DNA from: an uncultured Spirochaetota bacterium
GTDB taxonomy: Bacteria > Spirochaetota > Spirochaetia > SZUA-6 > Fen-1364
Assembly: GCA_963745235.1 (NCBI GenBank)
Contig: CAVUXE010000015.1
Coordinates: 32,001-96,000 of the forward strand
Direction: 5' to 3'
DNA length: 64,000 bases
Every line of letters starts with the position of its first letter. Position 1 is the first letter of the stretch. Below the pieces are notes generated by a model. That model saw only the letters and a list, made by a program, of their open reading frames with translations, was not told the origin of the DNA and did not search any database. A program made the translations under genes and the position numbers. This document shows, piece after piece, positions 50,874 through 61,685 of this stretch.

Positions 50874-53619
50874 CAGGCCGCTCTCCCTGCCCGCTCCCGG
50901 TATTCAGAATAGGTGGTGAACGGCTCCTCCAGGGCTTCGTCCCTGGTTGGGTCCAGGAACGCGACAGTATTCCTGGATCTCTTGGCGAAGTACATCGCCT
51001 TGTCGCTTTTCTCCACCGCCCGCGCCAGGTCCGAGCTGTCTGTCACGTCCGCGACGCCGACGGAGAGCGTCCCGCAGGGGTCTCCGCTTGCCCCGGCAAG
51101 CTCCTGCACGTCCCTCATCGACTCACGGCCTCGGACGCCCTGCTCCTGGGCGTAGCGGAGCCTCTCAGCGAGGATGATTCCCGTATGCAGGTCCGAAGGA
51201 ACGAGCACGAGCAGCTCCTCCCCGCCGTAGCGCACGGCAAGGTCGCCCTCCCTGATGTTGTCCAGGATGAGCCTGGCCCGTGGACTTCAGCACTTCGTCT
51301 CCCCGCGTGTGTCCCAGCTCATCGTTCACCCACTTGAAGTGGTCGATGTCGATCATCAGCAGCGTCAGCGGCTTGCCCTGCGCCTTGATCTTCGCGAGCT
51401 TTCTTCGGCAGCTCGTTCAGGAAGTAGTCCTTGTTCTGCAGGCCGGTGAGCGAATCCAGGTAGCGCCCGGGGAACTCTTCCTTGAGCGTGGCCTGCAGTG
51501 TCTCCAGGGAGCCCCTGCCGCGGGCGCCCCGCTCCCGCGCCCATCTCTCCGCCTCCGCGGTAGATGCCAGGACCACTCCGTGCCCTGAGGCGGCCGCAAA
51601 GCTCTTGGGATCGTTCAGGAGATAGTTGTACATCTCCGCGATCCCTCGAAAGACGTCGATGAACCCGATCTGCGCCTTCTGGGGGATGTCCACGACTGAC
51701 TCGTGGAACCGTGCCTCGATCCACCGGCGGATCTGCCGGGTGACGGGGCGGTAGTCCGGTGATGATGTCTGTGATCGCCCGATGTAGTCAACCAACCGGT
51801 GTGTCCCCAGCTCCGCGGCCACCTTGCGGCGCACGGGGTCCTCCGCCGCCAGCAGGTCCTGGTTGATGAACTGCCCGACGTCCGCCAGCATCTCCACCAG
51901 CCGGGCTGCCAGCTCGTGGAGCCGCGGCCCCTCGTAGTGATCAGCTTCACCGATCACGTGACCGAAGTTCCTGATCACCCTGTTGCGCAGGCGGTTGATC
52001 CTCTCCTCGATCCCGCGCGCCCGCTGGCTGTCGCGGAAGATCTTCACGAAGCGCGCATCCCCCTCCATCTCGCGGGCTGAACTCGCGGACCTCATCGAGG
52101 TAGGGATCGAACAGGCGTTCGTACACTTCCGACCAGAGCCCGCGAAGCGTGATCAGCTCGCCCGCAAGGGTCTCCCGCCCCAGCGCCTTCTCCAGGGCGT
52201 ACGGCTCCACCGAGGAGAGAAGGTCGTCCAGGATGGAATGGAATACCATGATCTGCCCGAAAACGTCGGACGCCGACAGGTGCTCCAGGTCAGCGAGCCG
52301 TGACTGGAAAAGCGCCGTGCGCGTGAAGACCCTGTTCACGAAGTAGGGCAGCATGTACTCACCCTGCTCCACGCGCTCCATCCCCGAATCCGGAAAGAGA
52401 GCCGCCAGGATGGCAAGGGTCCCCTCGAACTGGGTGGAGAACTTCTCCGCTTTCTCCCGCTCCAGCCGCTCCAGCTCTCTTGCCTTTTCCTCCGCCAGGG
52501 CGTGCTCCCGCTCTTCACGCGCCTTGCGCTGCCATCCCTCCCATGTCAGAACCTGCTCTTCCCGAACGCCCAGGAACGCAAGGATCCGCTGTCGCTTCTC
52601 GGGGTCCGCGTCGTTCTCCTCGTAGAAGGAGGCGATCATCTTGAGCAGGGCCGGGATACAGCTCATGATTGAACCTGCGAAGGTTCTGGTAGGCCGCGCG
52701 GAACAATCCCTCCGCTTCCGCCAGCGCGGCGGCTTCCTCGGCCCCGGGGTGGAGAAAGAGGTTGGTCTCGCGCACGCTGTCGAACAGCGTCTCCAGCTTG
52801 TCCTTCTCAATCGCCTCCGTCACGAGAATGAGGCGGCAGCCGTCCTTCACCACGCGCGCAGTCTCGGAAATGCGCGCCCGGGCTCCCTCGGCCAGCTTCG
52901 CCTCGATGAAGGCAAGGCTCTTTCTGAGCATCTCCCAGGGTCGGGCGAACTCTCCGAAGAACTCCAGCGCGAAGGGCTCCCGAGAGCGCAGCAGCCTGAC
53001 AACGTCTTCCCCCTGGGCCGCCCCCTCTGTCTCTTCGGGCGGCTCGGGCCCCAGGGGACCTTTTCCCACGAACGTTCGCGCACTGACGCGCAGGGCGTCC
53101 AGGGTGTCGATGAAGGACAACGCGAACGGGTTGCCATCCCTCCCCTCTTTGCGCTCCGCAAGCAGCCGCATGAAGGCGAAGCTGACGAAGTCTTCGCGCG
53201 CGGGATCGAAGAGGCTGAGGAGGTCCTCCACGCGCTCCAGCAGGCGGGTGATGAGGAACCCGTTGCGATAGGCGTAGCGGTTGATTCGCCGGCGAAGCCA
53301 GGGCGGCACCTCGGGCAGCCAGTCGAATGGCGCGCTTGCCAGTCTCCTCGGCCGGTTTCTGCGCCGACGGCAACGGACCGGCTTCCCGGGCGGAGGAGGC
53401 CTTTCGGGGTGTGACCGGTGGAGCCGCCGGTGCGCGTCGTTCCTTGATCGCCTGGGACTTCAGGCGTTCGAGGGCCGCAACTGACCTCCTGCGGGTTTCT
53501 TCCTCTCCGTAGCCTTTCTCACGCAAGTCGCGGTAGACTTTTTCGATCTGTCCTTTCGATACTCCTTGCCGCAGCAGGCTCTCATACAGCGTATTTTTGT
53601 CTTTGTCGTCGGAGGGCAT
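50870..53619 (-). CDS. Large diguanylate cyclase: unknown helical N-terminus plus C-terminal GGDEF domain (about 5 frameshifts)
   Basis: Consecutive overlapping fragments 52807..53619, 52515..53309, 51947..52810, 51319..52095, 51165..51356, 50870..51235; DSLTGL, DIDHFKWVNDELGH..GD, REGDLAVRYGGEEL. Confidence 0.75.
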
Positions 53620-53675
53620 ACTCTCTCTTTATCGAGTATAGCCACCTGCGCGGGAGAAGTCGACGGAAGCCGACA

Positions 53676-54545
53676 TCAGGATGCAATCACGGCCGCGGCG
53701 GCCCGAATTTCAGTGATCCTGCCGGAAAAGGCGCAGAGGGTCGTCCGAAAAAGGACGCGCCTGTGGTCTCGGGGGTCTGCCGGCGCGGAAACGCAGGAAA
53801 TCACGCCGGCCCCGGAAGGTGTCGAACCGGGGCGCTCGTCAGGAGGGCGCGGCTGGGGCTCTGTCGCCTGCGCTTCAAACGATTTGACAAGGAGTTGCCC
53901 GCGGCCGTCATCCCGTTCCTCCACGCAGAGGATTCGGTCAGGCACCACGGGGACGCCGGGCTCCGCGCAGGGGCCTTTGCCCGCAATGACTTCCGCGCCT
54001 CTCGGGACCGATGTCAGGTTCCACAGCCACACGCTGGGCGGCACCTGGCGGGAGACCTCCAGCGTCGTTTCCTCGCTGTAACCGGCCTGGCGCAGCCATT
54101 TCGTCCCCCACATGTCGGACATCTCCTGCTCTTCGAGGGACCTGATTTTGCGCTGGATGCGGAACCCCAGCAGCATTCCTGACTTCCACGCGTGGACTTC
54201 GCCCTTGTTCTCCATGGTGAACCCGCTCTTGTCGGGAATCCCCGCATACTTGCCGGGGTCCAGGGCCGGGGGCACCGTCTCGGGGGGAAAGAACTCTTCC
54301 CGGGGCCCCAGCCACATGCGGTCTCCACCCGGGTTGAGCCACCCGTCCTCCTTGGAGCCGATCTCGAGAAGGCGCAGGAAGTCGGGGTTCACCCACAGCG
54401 CGTTTTCTCCCCGCCAATGCGGCCACACGCCCAGGATCCGCCCGTACTCGGGCAGGATCAGGATTGCCCCATCCGCGCCGGACTCGAGCACGGTGTAGTG
54501 GATCCCGAGCCGATTCATGCTGACCACCAGCTCTTCAAGCCCCAT
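53676..54545 (-). CDS. Hypothetical protein (DUF6786-like)
   Basis: P.YGRILG, LWVNP and W.NPGGDRMWLGP pattern; family call tentative. Confidence 0.6.
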   Translation of the reverse strand: MGLEELVVSMNRLGIHYTVLESGADGAILILPEYGRILGVWPHWRGENALWVNPDFLRLLEIGSKEDGWLNPGGDRMWLGPREEFFPPETVPPALDPGKYAGIPDKSGFTMENKGEVHAWKSGMLLGFRIQRKIRSLEEQEMSDMWGTKWLRQAGYSEETTLEVSRQVPPSVWLWNLTSVPRGAEVIAGKGPCAEPGVPVVPDRILCVEERDDGRGQLLVKSFEAQATEPQPRPPDERPGSTPSGAGVISCVSAPADPRDHRRVLFRTTLCAFSGRITEIRAAAAVIAS

Positions 54546-55005
54546 GCCGCCCCTTCCCGCTCCCCGCGGCGAAGGTCGCCACATCATGGGACATCACCAG
54601 GATTGTGGTGCGTTCTTCCCAGCCGATGCGCTGCCAGAACCGCTTGCCCTCGGCGTTGTCTGCGGCAACGAAGATGTGGCACTTCCTCATGCCGCGGGCG
54701 GCCAGCGCCGCGAGGGACCGTTCAACAAGGGCTTTTCCGATTCCCCGCCGCCTGTGGCTTTTCGCGACTGCGCAGTGGTAGAGGAACCCCCTGCGGCCGT
54801 CGCAGCTTGCAAGCAGCGCGCCCGCCAGGGTGCCATCGTCGGAACGGGCAACGAAGCTGAGCCCCGGATTCTGCGAAAGGAACGACTCGATGTTTTCCCT
54901 CGCATCCGCCGCGCTGAGCCCGATTCCTTCGCTGGCCTCCCACAGCGCATAGGCGGCGTCATAGTCCTCCATCCGGAACTCCCCGAGGCGGAAAGCAGCG
55001 TCCAT
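54535..55005 (-). CDS. GNAT family N-acetyltransferase
   Basis: DGRRGFLYH.AV..SHRRRGIG; N..G..FW..IGW. Confidence 0.9.
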   Translation of the reverse strand: MDAAFRLGEFRMEDYDAAYALWEASEGIGLSAADARENIESFLSQNPGLSFVARSDDGTLAGALLASCDGRRGFLYHCAVAKSHRRRGIGKALVERSLAALAARGMRKCHIFVAADNAEGKRFWQRIGWEERTTILVMSHDVATFAAGSGKGRHGA

Positions 55006-55053
55006 CGGAGAAAGCTATCATGTTTGGTGGATTTTGGGGTATACCATCCAGTC

Positions 55054-56596
55054 ATGGAAACGATCCTGCGCATCGTGAAAGAATCCGGAATCATCGACGC
55101 TGACCAGGCCGGGCTGGAAGGTTTCAAGGCCCGGGGCGCCCAGAGGATCTCGAGGGACAAAGCGTGGATCTATCGCCACTCCATCCAGGCGAGAGGAGGA
55201 GTCCTTCACTTCATCGGTGCGACGGGAGAGGAAAAGAGCCTCTACCTCGTAGGGGAAAAGGCCGTCCCCTCCGGCTTTGAAGGGGTGAGCGCGCGAATAG
55301 CCGGCTTTTCCGTCCTGAAGGCCGCCCTGTCCCCGCGGAACGCGAAGTGTCTCCACGAGGTCTTCCCCTTCACCGCGCCCGTTTCCCTGCGCGAGAGAAA
55401 GACGACCATCGGATGCGGAGACCGCCTGGGGCTGGCAACCGCTGGTCACCTCCGCGCGGCAGCCAGGTATGACATAGCTCCCGTGCTTGCCCAGCAGTCC
55501 ATCAGGGAGCTCACGCTCACCGGGCGGGATTTCCCGGGCGTCGTCGCCGACGCGACGTTCCTCGTCTTCCAGGAGGGCTACGATCGCGGGTACGGGGCGG
55601 ACGGGGACCACCTCAAGACAATCCAGGACATAGATGCTGCCCTGGCGGCAGGGATGCCCATGATCACCCTCGATCTGAGCGATGTCATGTCCGCGGCGCC
55701 CGCTTCCTGGAGCCCGGGAAAAGTGGACGAAGAGTTTGAAAAGCTGGGCGAGGGAGCGCGATCCCACGTGCTGCGGGAGTACGCGGACAAGACCTTCCGT
55801 CCGGGCGGGACGGAAATCCGTTTCAGCGCCATCGAGGCGAAGCGATGCGCCCTCATGTACCTCCGCGCGCTCGATTTTTCGAAGGACGTGGACAGCCACA
55901 TCCGGGCCAGGCGGGGGGACCTGTATGACCTGGAGATCAGCATAGATGAGACAACCGCTCCGACCCTGCCGGAGCATCACCTGTTCATCGCAGAGGAGCT
56001 TGCTCTTCGCCGGGTCATGGTCAGCTCCCTGGCCCCGCGCTTCATCGGCGAGTTCCAGAAGGGGATCGACTACATCGGAAACGTGGACGATTTCGAGAGG
56101 CAGTTCGCGGTCCACTGCGAGATCGCGAAGGCTGCAGGGGGATACAAGATCTCCATCCACTCCGGAAGCGACAAGTTCTCGGTCTATCCCGCAATCGGCA
56201 GGCACACGGGAATGCGCCTGCACCTGAAAACAGCGGGGACGAGCTGGCTCCAGGCCGTGCTCGTCATTGCCAGGGTCAATCCCAGCCTCTTCCGACGCAT
56301 GCTCGCCGCGGCGGTTGCGTCATTTGCTGAGGCGGCGAAGCTCTACCAGGTCAGCACGGATCTGTCGGCAGTCCCGAACGCCCGGGACCTTTCTGATGCC
56401 GAGCTTCCCGGATTGCTCGACGCCAGGGACCCCCGCCAACTCCTGCACATCACCTACGGGGGACTCCTGAATGACCCGGGGATCCGCGCCGGGATATTCC
56501 AGACCCTGTCGGCAAAACGAGGACCTGCACTACTCCGCCGTGGAGCAGCACATGGAGAAGCACATACGGCTCCTGGGAGCACGCCCTCTCATCTGA
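55054..56596 (+). CDS. uxaE: Tagaturonate/fructuronate epimerase (frameshift near 56515)
   Basis: GCGDRLGLA, AQQSIREL, GADGDHLK, EISIDE, KISIHSGSDKF, HLKTAGTSWL, RQLLHITYG; true end NEDLHYSAVEQHMEKHIRLLG lies in a shifted frame. Confidence 0.9.
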
Positions 56597-56620
56597 GTGT
56601 CCGCCCCCGCCCCGCAACGC

Positions 56621-57730
56621 TCAGTGGATTGCGCCGCAGCGATCCTTCAGGAACCCACCTGAGCGGTGCTCCAGGACCGCCTTGATCTCAGCGACGATCG
56701 ATACCGCAATCTCCTCCGGCGTCTCAGCGCCTATGTCGAGCCCGATGGGAGCATGGAGCTTGCGGAGGTGATCCGGACCGGGCTTGAATCCCTGTTTTTC
56801 CAGCGCCTGGAGAATTGTCTGGAGCTTGCTGCGGGGACCAAGGAGACCGACATACCTGGCCGGGGAGACAAGGAGGGCGCGCAGGAGGTTCCTGTCCCTC
56901 TCGAAGTTGTGTGTCATGATAACCGCGGCATGTCCGTCGCCCAAGACGAGGTCTGTCGGGAGGTCCTCAGCCACCAGCAGCGAGTCCGCGTCCGGGAAAT
57001 TGGACCGGGATGCGGACGCGGGACGATGATCGACAACCGTCACATGCCAGCCCAGGCTCTTCGCTGCCTCCACGAGGGGAATGGCGTCCGCCCCGGCGCC
57101 GAAGATGACAAGGGGCAGGGGTGGGGAAATCAGCTCGAAGAAGACTTCAACCTCTCCCGCTGAAGAGGCGAAGGTTTTCGGGGTCGATGAAGGACCCGGT
57201 GTCCCTTTCGCGTCCGCATCGATTTCCGAAAGCAGATGAGCATCCCCGATGGTTGCGTCCACCCTCTGTCCGCCGCGCACGGCCAGGAAATCCCCCAGAC
57301 GCGCGCGGTCGGGGCTGCCGCTGCCCACAACCGTGGCCAAAGTCAGGGGGTATCGATTTTCGATGCACGCGCGCAGGAGCTCGAGCTTTTTTCCCGTTGA
57401 TTGAGCGTCGCCCGGTTCCAGGAGGACTTCGACGATCCCATTGCAGCCGAGGCCCAGCCCGAAAACGATGTCGGCTGAAGACGTGGTGTCGTACCTGACC
57501 AGCCTCGGCTTTCCGGAGGAAATAACCTCCTTCGCCCGCTCGGCAAGGTCTGCTTCGAAACACGAGGCATTGATCAAGCCGGCGATGCGGCCATTCTCGG
57601 AGAAAAGCATCCGGGCCCCTGGTCTTCGGTAGGTCGAACCATGTGCTCGCACCACTGTCGCCAGGGCGTAGTGCGTCCCATCCTGCTTCATGCGGCCGAA
57701 AGCCCTGACGATGTCCTGGGTTTCTTTCAT
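56621..57730 (-). CDS. xdhC: XdhC/CoxI molybdoenzyme maturation factor
   Basis: GSTYRRPGARM, GLGCNG, IFGAG, YVGLLG, PIGLDIGAETPEEIAVSI. Confidence 0.92.
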   Translation of the reverse strand: MKETQDIVRAFGRMKQDGTHYALATVVRAHGSTYRRPGARMLFSENGRIAGLINASCFEADLAERAKEVISSGKPRLVRYDTTSSADIVFGLGLGCNGIVEVLLEPGDAQSTGKKLELLRACIENRYPLTLATVVGSGSPDRARLGDFLAVRGGQRVDATIGDAHLLSEIDADAKGTPGPSSTPKTFASSAGEVEVFFELISPPLPLVIFGAGADAIPLVEAAKSLGWHVTVVDHRPASASRSNFPDADSLLVAEDLPTDLVLGDGHAAVIMTHNFERDRNLLRALLVSPARYVGLLGPRSKLQTILQALEKQGFKPGPDHLRKLHAPIGLDIGAETPEEIAVSIVAEIKAVLEHRSGGFLKDRCGAIH

Positions 57731-57781
57731 TTCCAGAAACAAACATCGCCGCAATTCGATTCGCGGTCAATGACATAAAGA

Positions 57782-57810
57782 TTGACTTCTACATCAGATG
57801 ATCATATAAT
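57782..57810 (+). promoter_or_regulatory. Sigma70 promoter of the ABC operon, with a palindromic operator candidate in the spacer
   Basis: TTGACT-17-TATAAT; CATC-A-GATG at 57792-57800. Confidence 0.7.
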
Positions 57811-57967
57811 GCGCTGCTACTGCGGCTGAAATCATCACAATACAAAAAAAGGAGGACCGAATGAGCTAGGGGACAGTCATCGGCGCATTCTTGCAAGGAG
57901 TCTTCCGATAGTTGGATCAGCATCACGGCTGAGGGGAGTCATGCAGTCTTCAAGAGGAGGATGGGAG

Positions 57968-59053
57968 ATGAAAAGCAGGCTTTCAGTAGTAATCTGCGTA
58001 GCTCTGATCTTTGGACTTGCATTCACGTTTTCAGCGAGCGCGGGCGGTCAGAAAGAGGGAGGCGGACAGTCGACCATGATGGCGGCAAAGCCGCTGCCGG
58101 TTGTCGGCATTTCCACGGGTTCGTCGGGCACCCAGTGGCGCGACGAAATGATCGATTCCTTGAAGCAGATCGGGGATGAATACAAGGCCGCCGGAAAGAT
58201 CAAGGATTACAAGATCGTCAACAACGTCACCAACGGCGACGCAACCGAGCAGGCGAACATCATCAGGAACTTCATTTCGCAGGGTGTCAACATCATCATG
58301 CTGAACCCCAATTCGCCTGATGCGCTCAACGGCGTGATCAAGGAAGCCCAGGCCGCCGGGATCATGGTCATTTCTTTCGACGCCACGGTCACGGCGCCCA
58401 ACATGCTCAAGGTCACCCTGGACCACTATGCATGGGCATACAAGTGGGCTGACTGGATATGCAAGAGCATGCAGAGCGGCAATGTCGTCGACATCTACGG
58501 ACTTCCGGGGCACCCCGCCAACAACGACCGCCTGAAGGCAGAAGCGGACGTCGTGAAGAAGTATCCGAACATTCACGAGATCGCCTCCGCCAGCGGCTAC
58601 TGGGATGAAACCAAGGCAAAGGAGGCCGCGGCGCAGATCATTGCCTCCGGTCAGCAGATCGACGGCGTGTTCACGCAGGACGGCATGGCGTACGGCGTGC
58701 TGCAGGCGTTCCTGGATGCCGGAAAGCTGCCGAAGTACATGTATGCGGATCCGAGCACTGTATCCTTCAAGGAGTGGAAGAGCCTCCTGGATCAGGGCAA
58801 GGATATCAACTGGATCACCGAGAACAACCCCCCCGGCATTGGCGGCACCGCTTTCCGGATGGCTATCAGCCTCTATAACGGAAAGAAGTTCAAGGACAAC
58901 GTCCTGAAGGACGGCGTCTACTACTACTCCAACACGGTCGTGATCACCAAGGACAATTTCGACCAGGGCTGGGCGCTGTTGAAGGACAAGCCGGATACCT
59001 ATCTCTTGAACAACGTCATGAGCCAGGCGGACGTGGATGCTCTCTATCAGTAG
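57968..59053 (+). CDS. ABC substrate-binding protein (RbsB-like, type I fold)
   Basis: Signal peptide ...SASAGGQKE; EQANIIRNFISQGV..I..NP.S; SD GAGGAGG. Confidence 0.9.
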   Translation: MKSRLSVVICVALIFGLAFTFSASAGGQKEGGGQSTMMAAKPLPVVGISTGSSGTQWRDEMIDSLKQIGDEYKAAGKIKDYKIVNNVTNGDATEQANIIRNFISQGVNIIMLNPNSPDALNGVIKEAQAAGIMVISFDATVTAPNMLKVTLDHYAWAYKWADWICKSMQSGNVVDIYGLPGHPANNDRLKAEADVVKKYPNIHEIASASGYWDETKAKEAAAQIIASGQQIDGVFTQDGMAYGVLQAFLDAGKLPKYMYADPSTVSFKEWKSLLDQGKDINWITENNPPGIGGTAFRMAISLYNGKKFKDNVLKDGVYYYSNTVVITKDNFDQGWALLKDKPDTYLLNNVMSQADVDALYQ

Positions 59054-59090
59054 AGCCTGACCCGGTTCACAAGAACATCGACCTGGATTG

Positions 59091-59116
59091 CGGGAGACGG
59101 GCCTTCCCGTCTCCCG
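59091..59116 (+). terminator. Intra-operon hairpin after the binding-protein gene (mRNA stabiliser or partial terminator)
   Basis: CGGGAGACGGG-CCTT-CCCGTCTCCCG perfect stem. Confidence 0.6.
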
Positions 59117-59136
59117 TTCCTTATGATAGGACGGTC

Positions 59137-60654
59137 ATGGTGAAAATCCTCGAGGCAAAAGGAATCAAGAAGAGATTCGGAGGCGTTGTCGCGCTTTCCA
59201 ACGGGAATCTGTCCGCCCAGACAGGGCAGATCACCGGTCTCCTGGGCGCCAACGGTTCGGGGAAAAGCACCATGTCGAAAATAATCGCCGGCGTCTACAG
59301 CGCGGACGCGGGTGAGGTGATCTACGACAGGAAGGTGGTCCACTACGCGAACCCGCACGAGGCCCGCAGCAACGGCATTGCGATGGTCTACCAGAACCTG
59401 AGCCTGGTTGCGAACCTGACCGTGTGGCAGAATATCGTCCTGGGCGCGGAGGAAAAGCGGGGGCTTCTCCTGGACGACAGGCAGTCCCGGGAGCTTTCCC
59501 GGGAAATCGTGGAGCAGCTTCTCCCCGGACTGGACATCCGACGCACCATTGACAGCCTCAGCCCGGGGGAAATGCAGATCGTGGAGATTGCGAAGGCAAT
59601 CTCGAAGCGGCCCCGGCTGCTGATCCTGGACGAGCCGACCGCCGCGCTGGAGCTTGCGCAGGTGAAGAGCCTGTTCTCACACATGCGGAATCTCGCGGCG
59701 CAGGGGATCGCAATTGTCTTCACGTCCCACCGGCTGTGGGAAGTCATGGAGATCTGCGACGACACGGTCGTTTTCAGAAACGGAGAGAACGTCGCGCAGG
59801 TGGACCTGAACCGGGACGGACGGGACCCGGAGAAGATCATCAGTCACATCACCGGTGAAACCGCCAGGACGCGCCAGAAGACAACCCTGCGCGCGGCAAA
59901 CACCGGCGCAAGCGTTCTGAAAGTCAGCAACCTGGGCTACGGCACGGTCCTGCGAAACGTCTCGTTTGACCTCAAGAAGGGTGAAATCCTGGGAATCGGG
60001 GGACTGGCCGAGCAGGGGCAGAGGGAGCTCATGCTGGCGCTCGCCGGCTACTACCCTGAAACGAGCGGCGAGGTTGAGCTGGAAGGGCGAAGGATCAGGC
60101 TGTCGCATCCGGCTGCCGCGGTCCGAAACCGAATCCTGCTTGTCCCCGGAGACAGGGAGTCCGAGGGCCTGTTCCTGCGGCACTCGATCTTTTCCAACAT
60201 CGTGTTCCCCCGACTCGGCGCGCGTGGGCACCCTCTCTTCACCCCTTTCTCGAAATACAAGGAAGAGTGCAGGAAGACAATCGACACACTCACCATCCGC
60301 ACAGCCGGGCTGGACATGCCCGTGCGCACGCTGTCGGGGGGAAACCAGCAGAAGGTGGTGGTCGGCAAATGGCTGTCCTTCGACACGAAGGTGCTCCTGC
60401 TCTCGGACCCGGCCAAGGGGGTCGACGTGGGCGCGAAGCGGGACCTCTATGACTACATCACCCGGCGGGTGCGGGAAGACGCCATGAGCGTGATCCTCTA
60501 CGCCAGCGACAACGAGGAGCTGGTCGACTTCTGTGACCGCGTGATGATCATGTACGAGGGGCAGATTGTCGCGACACTCGAAGGAGAGGCAATCAACGCT
60601 GACAGGATAATCGAGAGCTCGATGCATGTCGGGAACCGGCAGGAGGACAGGTGA
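59137..60654 (+). CDS. Sugar ABC ATP-binding protein (RbsA-like, two NBDs)
   Basis: GANGSGKST, LDEPT, LSGGNQQKV. Confidence 0.95.
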   Translation: MVKILEAKGIKKRFGGVVALSNGNLSAQTGQITGLLGANGSGKSTMSKIIAGVYSADAGEVIYDRKVVHYANPHEARSNGIAMVYQNLSLVANLTVWQNIVLGAEEKRGLLLDDRQSRELSREIVEQLLPGLDIRRTIDSLSPGEMQIVEIAKAISKRPRLLILDEPTAALELAQVKSLFSHMRNLAAQGIAIVFTSHRLWEVMEICDDTVVFRNGENVAQVDLNRDGRDPEKIISHITGETARTRQKTTLRAANTGASVLKVSNLGYGTVLRNVSFDLKKGEILGIGGLAEQGQRELMLALAGYYPETSGEVELEGRRIRLSHPAAAVRNRILLVPGDRESEGLFLRHSIFSNIVFPRLGARGHPLFTPFSKYKEECRKTIDTLTIRTAGLDMPVRTLSGGNQQKVVVGKWLSFDTKVLLLSDPAKGVDVGAKRDLYDYITRRVREDAMSVILYASDNEELVDFCDRVMIMYEGQIVATLEGEAINADRIIESSMHVGNRQEDR

Positions 60655-61685
60655 AACCAACGAACACCCGCAGGCTTGCCTCTCTGGTTTCCATGGTCGT
60701 CAGGCCGGAGTACTCCAGCCTGCTGATCCTGGTGGTGATGGTTGCCATTGCGGCCGCGCTCCAGAGGAACTTCTTTCAAGGCCCCTCCCTGCTCCTGACA
60801 ATCGACGCCTTCGGCCCGCTCATCCTGCTGACCATGGGCCAGGCCGTCGTGATGGTTACCGGGCTCTTCGACCTTTCCTCCGGCGCCGCCCTCTCCCTCT
60901 ACACATGCATCCTCACGTACGTGATGAGGACTGATCAGCCGGCAACCGGCATTGCAGCCATCCTCATAACGTTTGTCGCCGCGGTTGCCGTGGGAATCAT
61001 CAACGGTTTCGGCGCCGGCTACCTGCGCGTCTCCCCGGTCGTCGTGACGTTTGCGACATCTTTCCTCTGGCTGGGCATCGGCCTGTTTCTCCGACCCACG
61101 CCGGGCGGACAGAGTGTCAACTGGTTCAACGCCTTCTACGACCTGCGCAATGTGGACGGCATGCCGTCGTTCCTGAAGTCCGTGAGCTCCGTGGTGCCGC
61201 CGGTGCTCATCCTGATACTCCTGGGCTGCCTGTTCTGGTACTTCCTCAGCAAGGCCCGCACGGGCCGGTATCTCTACGCGGTGGGCGGGAACGAGGAGAG
61301 CGCGTATCGAAGCGGGATAAACACGGCCCGCGTCCAGATCATCGCCTACGTCATCAACTCGGTCTTCATCTTCCTGGCCGCCCTCTTCTTCGTCGGTCAG
61401 AATCAATCAGGGGACGCGCGCTTCGGGGACCCGTTCACGCTGCGAACCATAGCCTCTGCCGTTGTCGGCGGGATAGCCCTGACGGGCGGCCGGGGCAGCA
61501 TTTTCTTCGCGATCGTCGGTGCCCTCATCATCAATCTCGTCAACAAGATCATCTTCTTCGCCAACATCCCCTACGCCTACGGGACCCTGGTGGCCGGGGT
61601 CATCGTCATCGTCGCCATCGGCGGCGCGCAGCTGTACTCCGCCTATGGGAAGCGGGCTGCCTCGAAGGGACGGGTACAACGGTGA
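60651..61685 (+). CDS. ABC permease (RbsC-like)
   Basis: FDLS.G, GRYLYAVGGNEESA, IASAVVGG..LTGGRG. Confidence 0.92.
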   Translation: MKPTNTRRLASLVSMVVRPEYSSLLILVVMVAIAAALQRNFFQGPSLLLTIDAFGPLILLTMGQAVVMVTGLFDLSSGAALSLYTCILTYVMRTDQPATGIAAILITFVAAVAVGIINGFGAGYLRVSPVVVTFATSFLWLGIGLFLRPTPGGQSVNWFNAFYDLRNVDGMPSFLKSVSSVVPPVLILILLGCLFWYFLSKARTGRYLYAVGGNEESAYRSGINTARVQIIAYVINSVFIFLAALFFVGQNQSGDARFGDPFTLRTIASAVVGGIALTGGRGSIFFAIVGALIINLVNKIIFFANIPYAYGTLVAGVIVIVAIGGAQLYSAYGKRAASKGRVQR

